From: a virus
Lineage: Duplodnaviria > Caudoviricetes
DNA length: 32,117 nt
Virus record (IMG/VR): IMGVR_UViG_3300046779_000644
Span: 1 to 32,117 of that record
Reading direction: 5' to 3' (one strand)
Notes under the pieces: model-generated
Seen by the model: only the letters and a program-made list of their open reading frames with translations
What the model was told of the DNA's origin: nothing
The model's database searches: none
Program-made: the position numbers and the translations under genes
Shown: in pieces, positions 16,264-25,387 of the stretch
Layout: each line of letters starts with the position of its first letter
Position numbering within the stretch: position 1 is the first letter of the stretch

Positions 16264-17486
16264 TATTTCACCTTTGAACGCTCAGCCGGCGTCATTTTTG
16301 ACCATCCAGTTGGATTACCGTACATAGTGTATACACTTTGATCAATGTCAGGATAAGTATAACCTGCAGCCTGCAATAGTTGTAGTAAGAAAATCAATGA
16401 CCAATTCTTAGGGATCGTCTCACCCGGGGCCCTCTTTTTATAGATAGACTCAGCAAAATTCATATAGATTTTCCAACCTGAAAATCCTTCATGTACAAGT
16501 GCATTCATATATCTATAGAATTTTTCTTTTTCTTTGACCTTTTTAGTATTGTTAATGTCAAAGGATCCGTGATCCTTAATCATTTTTTCAAGCACTAACA
16601 TAGGTAAAAATTCAATAGAAATTAGTGGTTGATCTTTTGAATTTTCGTTATGCAGTTCAAAAATAGTTTTCAAATCACCTAAGGGTAATGTAGTGTTCTT
16701 ACCTTTATCTGCCCGTAAAAACTTAATTTGAGTACAAACACCGGGGTAGTTTTCCCATCGAGAATCCTTGTTATGAGCAGTAATACCAAATTGTTTCATC
16801 AATTGATAAACCTTAGATGCTTGCTCAAATTCAGGGTAAGTTTCTTTGTTAGGAGCATATTTATCCTTACCCATAACTTCTGCTTTAAACTTGTCAGCAT
16901 GTGACATTGCTAATTTTTCGCTGTTTTCTTGAATATATGTTTTACACTCAGGACCATAGTCAACTACACCGTCAACAACTTCAAGTTCAACAATTTCAAG
17001 ATTGATTTCAAATTTTTCCCAATCTTCAGGATTCCAACCATATTCTTGAAGGTCACCTCGCATAATCTTATTACGCAATGCTGATAGCCGTTGTTGTCCC
17101 TCAGTAATACCATACATGTGTTGTATAGGATCCCATGCACCTCGTGCAGTAGTCAACCTACGAAAATCCCATGTAGCCATCATTTTAATTTGATGGTCTT
17201 CTTCCTGTTGTCGCTGTAAATTAATTTTAATACCGGTCAACCCCAATGGCACTCTTTTAGTGATAGGCATGTACTTAGGATCAGATTTATTTAATTTTGC
17301 CTCAATGGCATGAGCTTTATATGCCTCATCAATATCTTCTTTGCGCCGCTGAATCATGTCCATGTTTAATTTGTTTAACGGCACAAACGACTCACTCTCT
17401 AAAATAGGAGCACATGGGTCGAACGGTAGTTCATTTTCTAGTAGTGGTGCCTGATTTGGTTTCCATTTAGTGTATTTAAAAGCCAT
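16263..17486 (-). CDS. ParB/Srx-like (DGQxR-type) domain protein
   Basis: ITEGQQRLSAL motif; start MAFKY after CAGGAG SD. Confidence 0.6.
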   Translation of the reverse strand: MAFKYTKWKPNQAPLLENELPFDPCAPILESESFVPLNKLNMDMIQRRKEDIDEAYKAHAIEAKLNKSDPKYMPITKRVPLGLTGIKINLQRQQEEDHQIKMMATWDFRRLTTARGAWDPIQHMYGITEGQQRLSALRNKIMRGDLQEYGWNPEDWEKFEINLEIVELEVVDGVVDYGPECKTYIQENSEKLAMSHADKFKAEVMGKDKYAPNKETYPEFEQASKVYQLMKQFGITAHNKDSRWENYPGVCTQIKFLRADKGKNTTLPLGDLKTIFELHNENSKDQPLISIEFLPMLVLEKMIKDHGSFDINNTKKVKEKEKFYRYMNALVHEGFSGWKIYMNFAESIYKKRAPGETIPKNWSLIFLLQLLQAAGYTYPDIDQSVYTMYGNPTGWSKMTPAERSKVK

Positions 17487-17490
17487 TAAT

Positions 17491-17760
17491 TTACTCCTGA
17501 TCTGATGTGATAAAAGAACGGGCAACACCCAAACCATCTAAGGTTCGTTTAAGTGTTTCCGCATACCATTTAGCATCACGCTCCGAACCAACGAAGGCGA
17601 CAGTGAACAATCTTTTGTTGCCGGATTTAAAACTAGTATGCATAACTAGTCCATTCAATAAACGGCTAAACCCAGGGCGTTTGTCGATATCGGAACGGCA
17701 CCGAATATCACGCTCTTGGGTTTCTGGGTTATACCAATACAATACTTCATACTTAGTCAT
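17491..17760 (-). CDS. hypothetical protein
   Basis: GAGGA SD; first gene after promoter repeat 4. Confidence 0.75.
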   Translation of the reverse strand: MTKYEVLYWYNPETQERDIRCRSDIDKRPGFSRLLNGLVMHTSFKSGNKRLFTVAFVGSERDAKWYAETLKRTLDGLGVARSFITSDQE

Positions 17761-17822
17761 ATCAATTCCTCTAGATAAGGGTTATGTTAATGTGTCAAGC
17801 ACCTTTACTCAACACAGACTCT

Positions 17823-17851
17823 AGTATAGCACCAGTTGGATTTATTGTCAA
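17823..17851 (-). promoter_or_regulatory. sigma70 early promoter (repeat copy 4)
   Basis: CCAAAATTTGACAATAAAT...TATACTAGAGTC, 17-bp spacer. Confidence 0.88.
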
Positions 17852-17883
17852 ATTTTGGATTGTTGTATTAAAACAACACTTTT

Positions 17884-18312
17884 TTAGCTAACCTCAGTAC
17901 GACCATTTCCTAAATCTCTAGAGACTACATTGCGTACATCTCCAGGTGCCCGTTTATCTGGATCAGCGATCTCTTGTTCAAAGGTCTCTAATACGGTTGC
18001 TCTGCACAAGTTAGTCCACCAACGATCTACGATATCATTGTCTGTATCAGTATCCTTCATTTTGTAACCTGCACGAATCAGATTCAGTACAAACTTATCG
18101 TTGAAGTCAAGCTCTACATGACCACTGTTAATATCATTAGGGTCAACTTCCATTCTAACAATATTCACATAGGGCTCACCTGCCGCAGTAGCTTTTTCTT
18201 TCTCAGTAAGCTCGGGTGCAACTTTCTTTTCTTTAGCCTTGCGTGGTTTCTTTTCCTTGATAGGCTTTACGGGTTCTGGCTTTTTAAATAAGTTCTTTAA
18301 TTTTTCAAACAT
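17884..18312 (-). CDS. conserved phage hypothetical protein
   Basis: KEKATAAGEPYV, ELDFNDKFV, IVDRWW motifs. Confidence 0.85.
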   Translation of the reverse strand: MFEKLKNLFKKPEPVKPIKEKKPRKAKEKKVAPELTEKEKATAAGEPYVNIVRMEVDPNDINSGHVELDFNDKFVLNLIRAGYKMKDTDTDNDIVDRWWTNLCRATVLETFEQEIADPDKRAPGDVRNVVSRDLGNGRTEVS

Positions 18313-19325
18313 TTGTATCTCTCTAGTAATTTAAAGCTGGCAAGATTCTTTGCCTTTGATTCACACATCATATCAAAGTTATCAATGAATGTCAATGCCC
18401 AATCGTTCACTGCTTCGTTCCAATAGTAGTCACTATGTGCCCGAAGTTTTTGCTTACTGTATCCTGAAGCAATCAACGCACCATGATCGGGTAACTGTGA
18501 TCCGGAATGGCTGATGAGTACATCTTCGCGGCTAACACTGTAATGGAGAGTAGGGCGAACACCGCGCCAACTATCAATAACCTTTTTAACAAGGTCACTA
18601 TTACTGTCAATATAACTTCCTTCTCTAATCCAATTGTGATGGATGTCCATGACCGTAGGTACGAGGTCAGATAATGATAAGCAGTCTGTAAGTCCATGTG
18701 TGTATTCCTCATTCTCTAGTGTAAGTGTGTTTCGTGCCTCAGGTGACAAACGATTATAAACATCTCTGATACCCTGAGGACCTTTGCGACCAGAGATGTG
18801 AACATTGATTTTCATATCTTGAAACTTCTGACCATAACCCATCCAACGAGCCATGTCACAATGATATTCAAATTCTTCTATACTCTTATTTACTACTTCT
18901 TCACGGTCACTCGCTAAAACTACAAATTGATCTGGGTGAAAGCTAAGACGAACATCATTGGCACGAGCAGTCTCACCGATAGGAGCGAACCATCGTTGCA
19001 AACTATTTTGTACATCAGTTGAATGCCAGAAATCTTTGTACTCATCCATTGTATAAAAACTAAGCATGTCACTAGTAAGACGCAACATACGCAGTCCGGG
19101 TTCTAGTGTAGCGACTTTCTTAACAAGTGCGTGTGTATTAAGAATATTGCGTTTAGCAACATCCATAATCTTTTCTTCTACTACATCACGCTTATTACGC
19201 TTGGCCCATGCTTGAGTTGTGCCACCTGTGTTAAGGCCCTCGGCTGAAACAATCTCACCTTTCTTGTTGATTTCTGCCCATTTACAAGCGAAACCGATGC
19301 GTTTGACTGAATGATTTGTATACAT
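18297..19325 (-). CDS. uvsE: UV damage endonuclease (UvsE/UVDE)
   Basis: RIGFAC, RLTSD, RLSFHPDQF, NVH, LENEE, DIHH, HSD, MCESK.K motifs. Confidence 0.93.
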   Translation of the reverse strand: MYTNHSVKRIGFACKWAEINKKGEIVSAEGLNTGGTTQAWAKRNKRDVVEEKIMDVAKRNILNTHALVKKVATLEPGLRMLRLTSDMLSFYTMDEYKDFWHSTDVQNSLQRWFAPIGETARANDVRLSFHPDQFVVLASDREEVVNKSIEEFEYHCDMARWMGYGQKFQDMKINVHISGRKGPQGIRDVYNRLSPEARNTLTLENEEYTHGLTDCLSLSDLVPTVMDIHHNWIREGSYIDSNSDLVKKVIDSWRGVRPTLHYSVSREDVLISHSGSQLPDHGALIASGYSKQKLRAHSDYYWNEAVNDWALTFIDNFDMMCESKAKNLASFKLLERYKCLKN

Positions 19326-19340
19326 AGATAGACCAAAATG

Positions 19341-19347
19341 ATAAATA
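19341..19347 (+). promoter_or_regulatory. T4-late-like promoter core for plus-strand operon
   Basis: ATAAATA (T4 late consensus TATAAATA) 55 nt before ATG 19403. Confidence 0.6.
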
Positions 19348-19355
19348 ATAGATGT

Positions 19356-19384
19356 AGTGTAACATATTTACACAATAAAGTCAA
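19356..19384 (-). promoter_or_regulatory. sigma70 promoter for uvsE
   Basis: TTGACT-17 bp-TACACT. Confidence 0.65.
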
Positions 19385-19402
19385 CTATTTACGGATACTA
19401 TT

Positions 19403-19834
19403 ATGAGAGCAACTGAATTTATTACAGAATCTAGCGAGATTTGCCCACATTGTGGGAAAAATCCATGCGAATGTGAGCATGTAGACGAGGGTGAAAACTG
19501 GTCAAAGCACAACAATAAACGAGTTGGTGGCATGAGTAAAAAGAGTGTAGCCAGCTACCGTCGTAGTCATCCTGGTAGTAAGATTCAAACTGCTGTTACT
19601 ACTAAACCTAGCAAACTTAAAAAGGGCAGTAAAGCCGCTAAACGCCGTAAATCATTCTGTGCTAGAATGAAGGGCATGAAGAAAAGCAGAACTAGTGCTA
19701 AGACAGCGAGAGATCCAAATAGCAACATTAACAAGAGTTTGCGTAGATGGAACTGTGAGAGTATTGAGCAAATGCAAGAATTATTAATGCTAGCAGAACA
19801 AATGGTAGCAAAAGCTAGGAAAGAAAAATTATGA
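19403..19834 (+). CDS. basic DUF6321-like protein with capsid-targeting-like leader
   Basis: MRATEFITE leader; CPHC..PCEC; RRKSFCARMKGMK..SLRRWNC. Confidence 0.75.
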   Translation: MRATEFITESSEICPHCGKNPCECEHVDEGENWSKHNNKRVGGMSKKSVASYRRSHPGSKIQTAVTTKPSKLKKGSKAAKRRKSFCARMKGMKKSRTSAKTARDPNSNINKSLRRWNCESIEQMQELLMLAEQMVAKARKEKL

Positions 19835-21447
19835 AAATCAAACATTTAATGGAGGGTACCGCCCCCAAACTGCCCGGAGCATTTAAAGGTGTACAAGTTA
19901 TGACACCTCAGCAATTCGTTGCTAAAGCCGGCGACATGCCCGGTGAAGAATCTGACGAAAATGTAGCAGAAGATTCATCAGAAATGGGCTCGGGCAAAGG
20001 TGATACATACAAAGTTGTAATGACAGATAGATATGGCAAATATGGTGGTACAATTTATAGAAATAGTGAACACTATCCATTGTGGGTCATGTTAGATGAA
20101 ATTATAGGGTATACTCAAACCATGGGGCAAGGTGGACGAGCCAAATTTGATTTCTATATAAACGGTAAGTTAGTTGATTGGAAAAAAATGGTAGCACAAG
20201 GTTTGGCTGAGCCCGAGTGGAAAAAAGCGGAACGTGATAATGACCATGATAGATTAGCAACTGGTATTAACGAAAGTGAAGACCACTTAAATAGAATCCG
20301 TAAACTATCCGGCTTAGATGAAGCAACTAAACTACCAGCAAGTAGCCGTGAGTTTGGTGGTGATGAGTTTCAAGACTACATGAAACGAATCGTTGGTACT
20401 CCTGATGTTGACAAGCAAGGTAATGTTAAGACTGACAAGAAGGGCAATGAAAAGTATGTCTCTGGTAAAACAAAGACAGACAAATACAAGATGCCTTATA
20501 TCCATCGTAGCAGTGTAATTGAATACTTAGGTCCAGATGGTAAGACATACGATGAAGATAAGATTAAACAAGCATTGGCACAAAGACCAAAAGCATTACT
20601 AAAGCAAAACGAAAAGATGAAGCATAGTAACGGTGAACTAGAACAGTTCTTCAATGTTGGCTTTGCGGCATTGACTGGTATTGCACTAGATGAACAAACT
20701 AACAATCTAATTATTGTTAATACATGTCCGGGTGCTGGTTCATGTAAAGTAGATTGTTTTGCTATGAAGGGCGGTAAAGTTCAGTTCAAAGCCGCATGGC
20801 AAAGTGATGGTCGTATCTTAACATATCTATTGAATGATCCTGATGGCTTCTTTAGTCAGTTAAGCAATGAAATCAGTAAAGAAGAAAAATTAGGTAAGAA
20901 GGGTGGTTACGCTGTAACGATTCGTTGGCATGATGCTGGTGACTTCTTTAGCCCAGAATACTTAGACTTGGCATTGAAAATGGCTGCAAAGCATCCTGAC
21001 ACTAAGTTCTATGCTTACACAAAAATGGCTGGTGCCGCATTAGGTAACAAACCACCTAACTTCATCATCAACTGGAGTGAAGGTGCTAACACAGCGCAAG
21101 AGAAACAAGTTAAAGCTAAAGACGCTAACTTAGATACAACTAAGAACAGTCGTATTGTTCCAGATGAAATGTTCCAAGACTTGTTAGTTAAGGATGAAAA
21201 GAAAAACTTAGTTAAGGGGGCAAGTGGCCAATGGCAAGTACAACCTGATAAGTTACCTGAACTAAAACAACGTCTTGCTAAAGAGTATGGATTGAGTAGT
21301 AACTCTATTCTATCTTATGATGAGTACATGGCTAAACGCAAATCAATACCTCAAGGTATGAAGTACAATGTTATCGTTGCTCCGGGCGAAGGTGATATCA
21401 GTGCTAACGATCCTAACATCATATCAACATTGTTATTAAGACACTAA
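19831..21447 (+). CDS. multidomain protein with C-terminal GP88-like (radical-SAM-like) domain
   Basis: TCPGAGSCKVDCFA (CX5CX3C), IRWHDAGDF, FYAYTK motifs; MKIKHLME leader. Confidence 0.75.
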   Translation: MKIKHLMEGTAPKLPGAFKGVQVMTPQQFVAKAGDMPGEESDENVAEDSSEMGSGKGDTYKVVMTDRYGKYGGTIYRNSEHYPLWVMLDEIIGYTQTMGQGGRAKFDFYINGKLVDWKKMVAQGLAEPEWKKAERDNDHDRLATGINESEDHLNRIRKLSGLDEATKLPASSREFGGDEFQDYMKRIVGTPDVDKQGNVKTDKKGNEKYVSGKTKTDKYKMPYIHRSSVIEYLGPDGKTYDEDKIKQALAQRPKALLKQNEKMKHSNGELEQFFNVGFAALTGIALDEQTNNLIIVNTCPGAGSCKVDCFAMKGGKVQFKAAWQSDGRILTYLLNDPDGFFSQLSNEISKEEKLGKKGGYAVTIRWHDAGDFFSPEYLDLALKMAAKHPDTKFYAYTKMAGAALGNKPPNFIINWSEGANTAQEKQVKAKDANLDTTKNSRIVPDEMFQDLLVKDEKKNLVKGASGQWQVQPDKLPELKQRLAKEYGLSSNSILSYDEYMAKRKSIPQGMKYNVIVAPGEGDISANDPNIISTLLLRH

Positions 21448-21448
21448 G

Positions 21449-22003
21449 ATGCGTGATATCATTCAGTTACTTGAGGATAAGGCAAAACCTCAAGATATAG
21501 AAATCATTGCTCTAAACTTTGAGCCTAGTGAGGTAAGTCCAGTTATATCAAAAGATACATTGGACTTACACTATGGTAAGTTAGCACATGGTTATGCTGA
21601 ACGATATAACAATAAAGAGGGTGACAGAGACTTTAATTATGCAGGTGCATTCTTACATAATACATTGTTCCCTCAGTTCCGTGAAGTAAGAAACACAAAC
21701 AAACCAAATGGTCCTATGATGGGCTTTATCAATAAACACTTCGGTAACTATGATAATATGAAAGCAGAGTTTGAAACTCTAGCTATGAAGATTGAAGGTA
21801 GTGGTTGGATATACTTAGCAACTGATGGTAAGATTAAAACAATCAAGAACCATGAAGTACGCAATGATATATTGTTATTAGTTGACTGGTGGGAACATGC
21901 TTGGATATTAGACTATGGTTCTGACAAAAAGAAATACTTGAAAGAACAATGGAAGATTATCAATTGGAATGTAATCAATACACGTTGGGGTAAGAGTCTA
22001 TGA
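21449..22003 (+). CDS. sod: Fe/Mn superoxide dismutase
   Basis: Metal ligands LHYGK, FLHN, DWWEHA; GSGW; INW. Confidence 0.93.
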   Translation: MRDIIQLLEDKAKPQDIEIIALNFEPSEVSPVISKDTLDLHYGKLAHGYAERYNNKEGDRDFNYAGAFLHNTLFPQFREVRNTNKPNGPMMGFINKHFGNYDNMKAEFETLAMKIEGSGWIYLATDGKIKTIKNHEVRNDILLLVDWWEHAWILDYGSDKKKYLKEQWKIINWNVINTRWGKSL

Positions 22004-22800
22004 GAGCCATTGAATTTTTAGTTGAGGAGAGGGCTGGATTATTTCAATATTTAAAGAAATTGTATCCTACCTGGCCTGATTATGTTGTAAAAGATTTCTT
22101 ATATCAGCAAGCAAAAACAATTAAAGATGATGCTCAGTTACAAGATTGGTTGTCTCTTACAAAAAGAGACTTTGATGATATAAGTTGGAAGTTACAAAAT
22201 ATTCACATAACAATGGATGCGTTTAATCCAAACACACAGCGAATGCTTAAAAGTCGTAAGGGTGGTTCTGCTAACCCATATCAAGTACCTAGAGATGCGG
22301 AGCGCCATGCTCAACAACTAAAAATGCTTCAGCAAAAGGGTGTTAGCAAAGAACCTATTATTGTTGTTCAAACACCTGATGGATACGATTTAATTGAGGG
22401 TTGGCATAGAACTATTCAACATCTTCAAGCATATCCAGAAGGATATACTGCACCTGCTTACGTTGGGGTTCACGGTCAGCAAGTAAATGAGGAAGCCAAA
22501 GCCGTTAAGTATAAAGGCTTAGTTATGAAGTATGCTTTCAATCAAAGTGCATTGATACTTAAGGCATTTGAACAAGGTACTCCAATAGCCTATGTTAAGT
22601 TTGTAAAAGAAAACAAAGAACTATACCCTCAGGATCTATGGGTAAATGATGACTATCGTAACAAAGGCGTTGCTAAGTCAATGTATGATTATCTAAAGGG
22701 TGAAGGATATATCATCAACAGAAGCCATGACCAAACTAAAGCTGGATCAGGTTTCTGGGATAAGCATCGCGGTGAAGATGCTTATGTTTGGGAAGAATAA
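22000..22800 (+). CDS. ParB/Srx-like + GNAT fusion protein
   Basis: EPIIV...LIEGWHR (ParB-like); WVNDDYRNKGVAKSMY..GFW (GNAT); MRAIEFLVE leader. Confidence 0.75.
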   Translation: MRAIEFLVEERAGLFQYLKKLYPTWPDYVVKDFLYQQAKTIKDDAQLQDWLSLTKRDFDDISWKLQNIHITMDAFNPNTQRMLKSRKGGSANPYQVPRDAERHAQQLKMLQQKGVSKEPIIVVQTPDGYDLIEGWHRTIQHLQAYPEGYTAPAYVGVHGQQVNEEAKAVKYKGLVMKYAFNQSALILKAFEQGTPIAYVKFVKENKELYPQDLWVNDDYRNKGVAKSMYDYLKGEGYIINRSHDQTKAGSGFWDKHRGEDAYVWEE

Positions 22801-23630
22801 ACTTTAAGTAATTCTTCCATAGTGTAAAGATTACGCATATAGGGTGACACATCTTCTAATACACTACTAGCAAGATCACCCTTTCTTCTTGGGCCGTACT
22901 TTACATCAATGTCAATATCATTGACTTTCTGGAACATACTTACAATCTCTCTAACTGTATAGCCCACACCATGACCAAGTGATTCTACACTATTACTTGG
23001 CTTCTCAATCGCTTGTTTCAATGCGTCACATATTTCATTCACATGTACATAGTCACGAACACATGTACCGTCCCATGACTGTTCATAATCATTACCAAAG
23101 ATAGTAAACTCACCGGTCTCTTTAGCTCTCATTAGATTGTACATCAATCCATCGGGGTTAGTGGGAGCCACGACGGTGCTTCCAATAACATTATAAAATC
23201 TAAAGATTGTATATTCAGTTGGTCGATGCTGTGTACAAAATTCTTTTACTACATCTTCTGCGGCTCTCTTGCTGATACCATATGCACTTTCGCAACCAAC
23301 TGCGGCACCTGTACTAGCAAAGATAAAGTTTTTAGTTTTAATCTTGTTAATTACATTCATTGTACCATTCAAGTTAGTGATATAATAGCTGATAGGTTTC
23401 AATTCACTCTCCCCTACATTAACTAATGCCGCTAAGTGAATAACGCAATCAAATTCTTCCTGTATTTCAAACGGTCTATTGATATCTTGTCTATAAAATC
23501 TATTCAATGGGTACAGTGGCTCACGAATATCTAAACCATGAACTTCATATTCCAATGAATCCATTAACATTTTACTTAGATGACTGCCAATGTAACCTGA
23601 GTTACCTGTAATTAAAACTTTCTTTACCAT
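22782..23630 (-). CDS. galE: NAD-dependent epimerase (UDP-glucose 4-epimerase-like)
   Basis: ITGNSGYIG, HLAA, YGISK (YxxxK), RFYNV, DGTCVRDYVHV. Confidence 0.88.
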   Translation of the reverse strand: MVKKVLITGNSGYIGSHLSKMLMDSLEYEVHGLDIREPLYPLNRFYRQDINRPFEIQEEFDCVIHLAALVNVGESELKPISYYITNLNGTMNVINKIKTKNFIFASTGAAVGCESAYGISKRAAEDVVKEFCTQHRPTEYTIFRFYNVIGSTVVAPTNPDGLMYNLMRAKETGEFTIFGNDYEQSWDGTCVRDYVHVNEICDALKQAIEKPSNSVESLGHGVGYTVREIVSMFQKVNDIDIDVKYGPRRKGDLASSVLEDVSPYMRNLYTMEELLKVYSSQT

Positions 23631-24985
23631 GAAAATAAACTTTCCTTTTCTTGAGGTTCAAACGAAGGGTCTTTTGTTAGCCATGTAACATCATCAGTAT
23701 AAATTACTCTATACTTGTGTTTATTAGATAATGCTGATCTAATGTCATCAATACATATACTGAATCCAGACCCATCATCAAGTGTGCTCTTTGGATTTTT
23801 ACCTCGTAGTTGCTTAATGAATTCTCTACATTCAATTGTAACTTCTTTTGCAATTTTAGCAGTATCACTCGTAGATTGTTTTGGTTGAAAATCATTAAAG
23901 CATGAATTCCATTTATGAAATACATTTGCTTCTTGTTGTTGGGCATGTTTTAAAGAGCCCAAATTATACCAAGTTTCTGTTTTTTCAAAACTATCATATA
24001 ACTCTTTTGCCCGCACTGCCATTGTCTTTTTATTACATGTATAGAAAAAATCACTATTAAAATTATTTGTCCAACGCTGATTTTCTAATACAAGTGTAGG
24101 TAATTGAATATGTTGCTCGTAGAAAGCCATACCATAACTCTCAACTACACTAGGGTTGAATGCGATTCTACTAGACTTGATAAAGTCTACTTTCTCTTGT
24201 CCTACGATACTAGCACGAACATCATATTTGACACCTAACTTAGCTAGTCTATCTTCAAACTTCTTTACACCATTCGGGCTAGTCATAACCTTGGCAGGCA
24301 ATTTAGTCTGTTCAATCAAGTCAATGAACAACTCAGGATTCTTACCTTCCTCCCAACGACCGACAAATAAGATACCTTCTCGGTCACCTGTATATTCAGT
24401 CAATAAGTCACGTTCAGTAATAGGAATAGGTAAATGATATGCCGCACTGTTAACATTCAAAAGATTGAAAACGCTTTGTGTGCCTACGAAAACATTATCA
24501 GTTTCTAGTTGCTGGCGCATCAACACATTGGTATTATACAAAAACGGATTCTTTGTGTCTTTAAAAATCTGACTTTCTAAATGGGTGTAAGCAATGATTT
24601 GAATGCAATCTTCAAGTCCCATAGTACTTGCAACCTGCACAGTCTCATAAGTATTGCATATAAATGCATCATACAAATTACTACTCAATGCTTTAATAAT
24701 ACTGTTGCGAAAGTTAGCCATACGCTCATAGCAGAATGTGTCGCCATACATAAAAATATTGCTATGTTTTGTGTATGTTAGTGTTTCATCCGGGCTAATT
24801 ATTTTTGTCTTAAGCGATTTTATAAAATCATTATGATGTGGTTCTTTATCGGTAATGATATCAACTTTAATATTATGACTATCCATCAATTCACAAAAAC
24901 TTTTTGTAAATTGACCAATACCACCGTGAGGTATTAATGTTTGTGAGCTTACTAAAAAGCCAATTCGTTTATCGTATGTTCTCAT
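23624..24985 (-). CDS. GT-B (GT4-like) glycosyltransferase
   Basis: GGIG, LFVGRWEEGKNP, PSVVESYGMAFYE (EX7E). Confidence 0.88.
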   Translation of the reverse strand: MRTYDKRIGFLVSSQTLIPHGGIGQFTKSFCELMDSHNIKVDIITDKEPHHNDFIKSLKTKIISPDETLTYTKHSNIFMYGDTFCYERMANFRNSIIKALSSNLYDAFICNTYETVQVASTMGLEDCIQIIAYTHLESQIFKDTKNPFLYNTNVLMRQQLETDNVFVGTQSVFNLLNVNSAAYHLPIPITERDLLTEYTGDREGILFVGRWEEGKNPELFIDLIEQTKLPAKVMTSPNGVKKFEDRLAKLGVKYDVRASIVGQEKVDFIKSSRIAFNPSVVESYGMAFYEQHIQLPTLVLENQRWTNNFNSDFFYTCNKKTMAVRAKELYDSFEKTETWYNLGSLKHAQQQEANVFHKWNSCFNDFQPKQSTSDTAKIAKEVTIECREFIKQLRGKNPKSTLDDGSGFSICIDDIRSALSNKHKYRVIYTDDVTWLTKDPSFEPQEKESLFSW

Positions 24986-25158
24986 TTTGTCTCATCTATT
25001 ATAGGTACATCACGCCATTCAGTCCATTCACGCTTTTTAGTAAAACTACCGTTAATAGTAGTTCCACTATAGTCCGTGACTTCAATTTGTGTTCTATATT
25101 GTAACACTTTTTCAGGGCCGTCCCAACCGGGTCGGACAAAATATCTTAGTTCAAACAT
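24982..25158 (-). CDS. 58-aa hypothetical protein
   Basis: MFELRYFV...VLQYR...WTEWRDVP; ATGA overlap downstream. Confidence 0.7.
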   Translation of the reverse strand: MFELRYFVRPGWDGPEKVLQYRTQIEVTDYSGTTINGSFTKKREWTEWRDVPIIDETK

Positions 25159-25162
25159 ATAT

Positions 25163-25387
25163 TTACCTTTTTAGTTTCCATATAATATGGGCATTCTTTT
25201 CGTGCCATCTATATTCGAATATAGATTCACCGGGACCCATAATAATCCTAGTCATACGGTATGCATATTTTAACCAGATACGCTTTCCTGTTAAATCGCA
25301 AGTTTCAGGTAACCAAGCAAACTTAAGTTCGGTGCCGATCATTCTATCATAGAATGGATCATATGATTGTACTTGATCTAATGGCAT
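25163..25387 (-). CDS. hypothetical protein
   Basis: FAWLP..C..TGKRIWL..Y motif; TAATG overlap with metK. Confidence 0.75.
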   Translation of the reverse strand: MPLDQVQSYDPFYDRMIGTELKFAWLPETCDLTGKRIWLKYAYRMTRIIMGPGESIFEYRWHEKNAHIIWKLKR

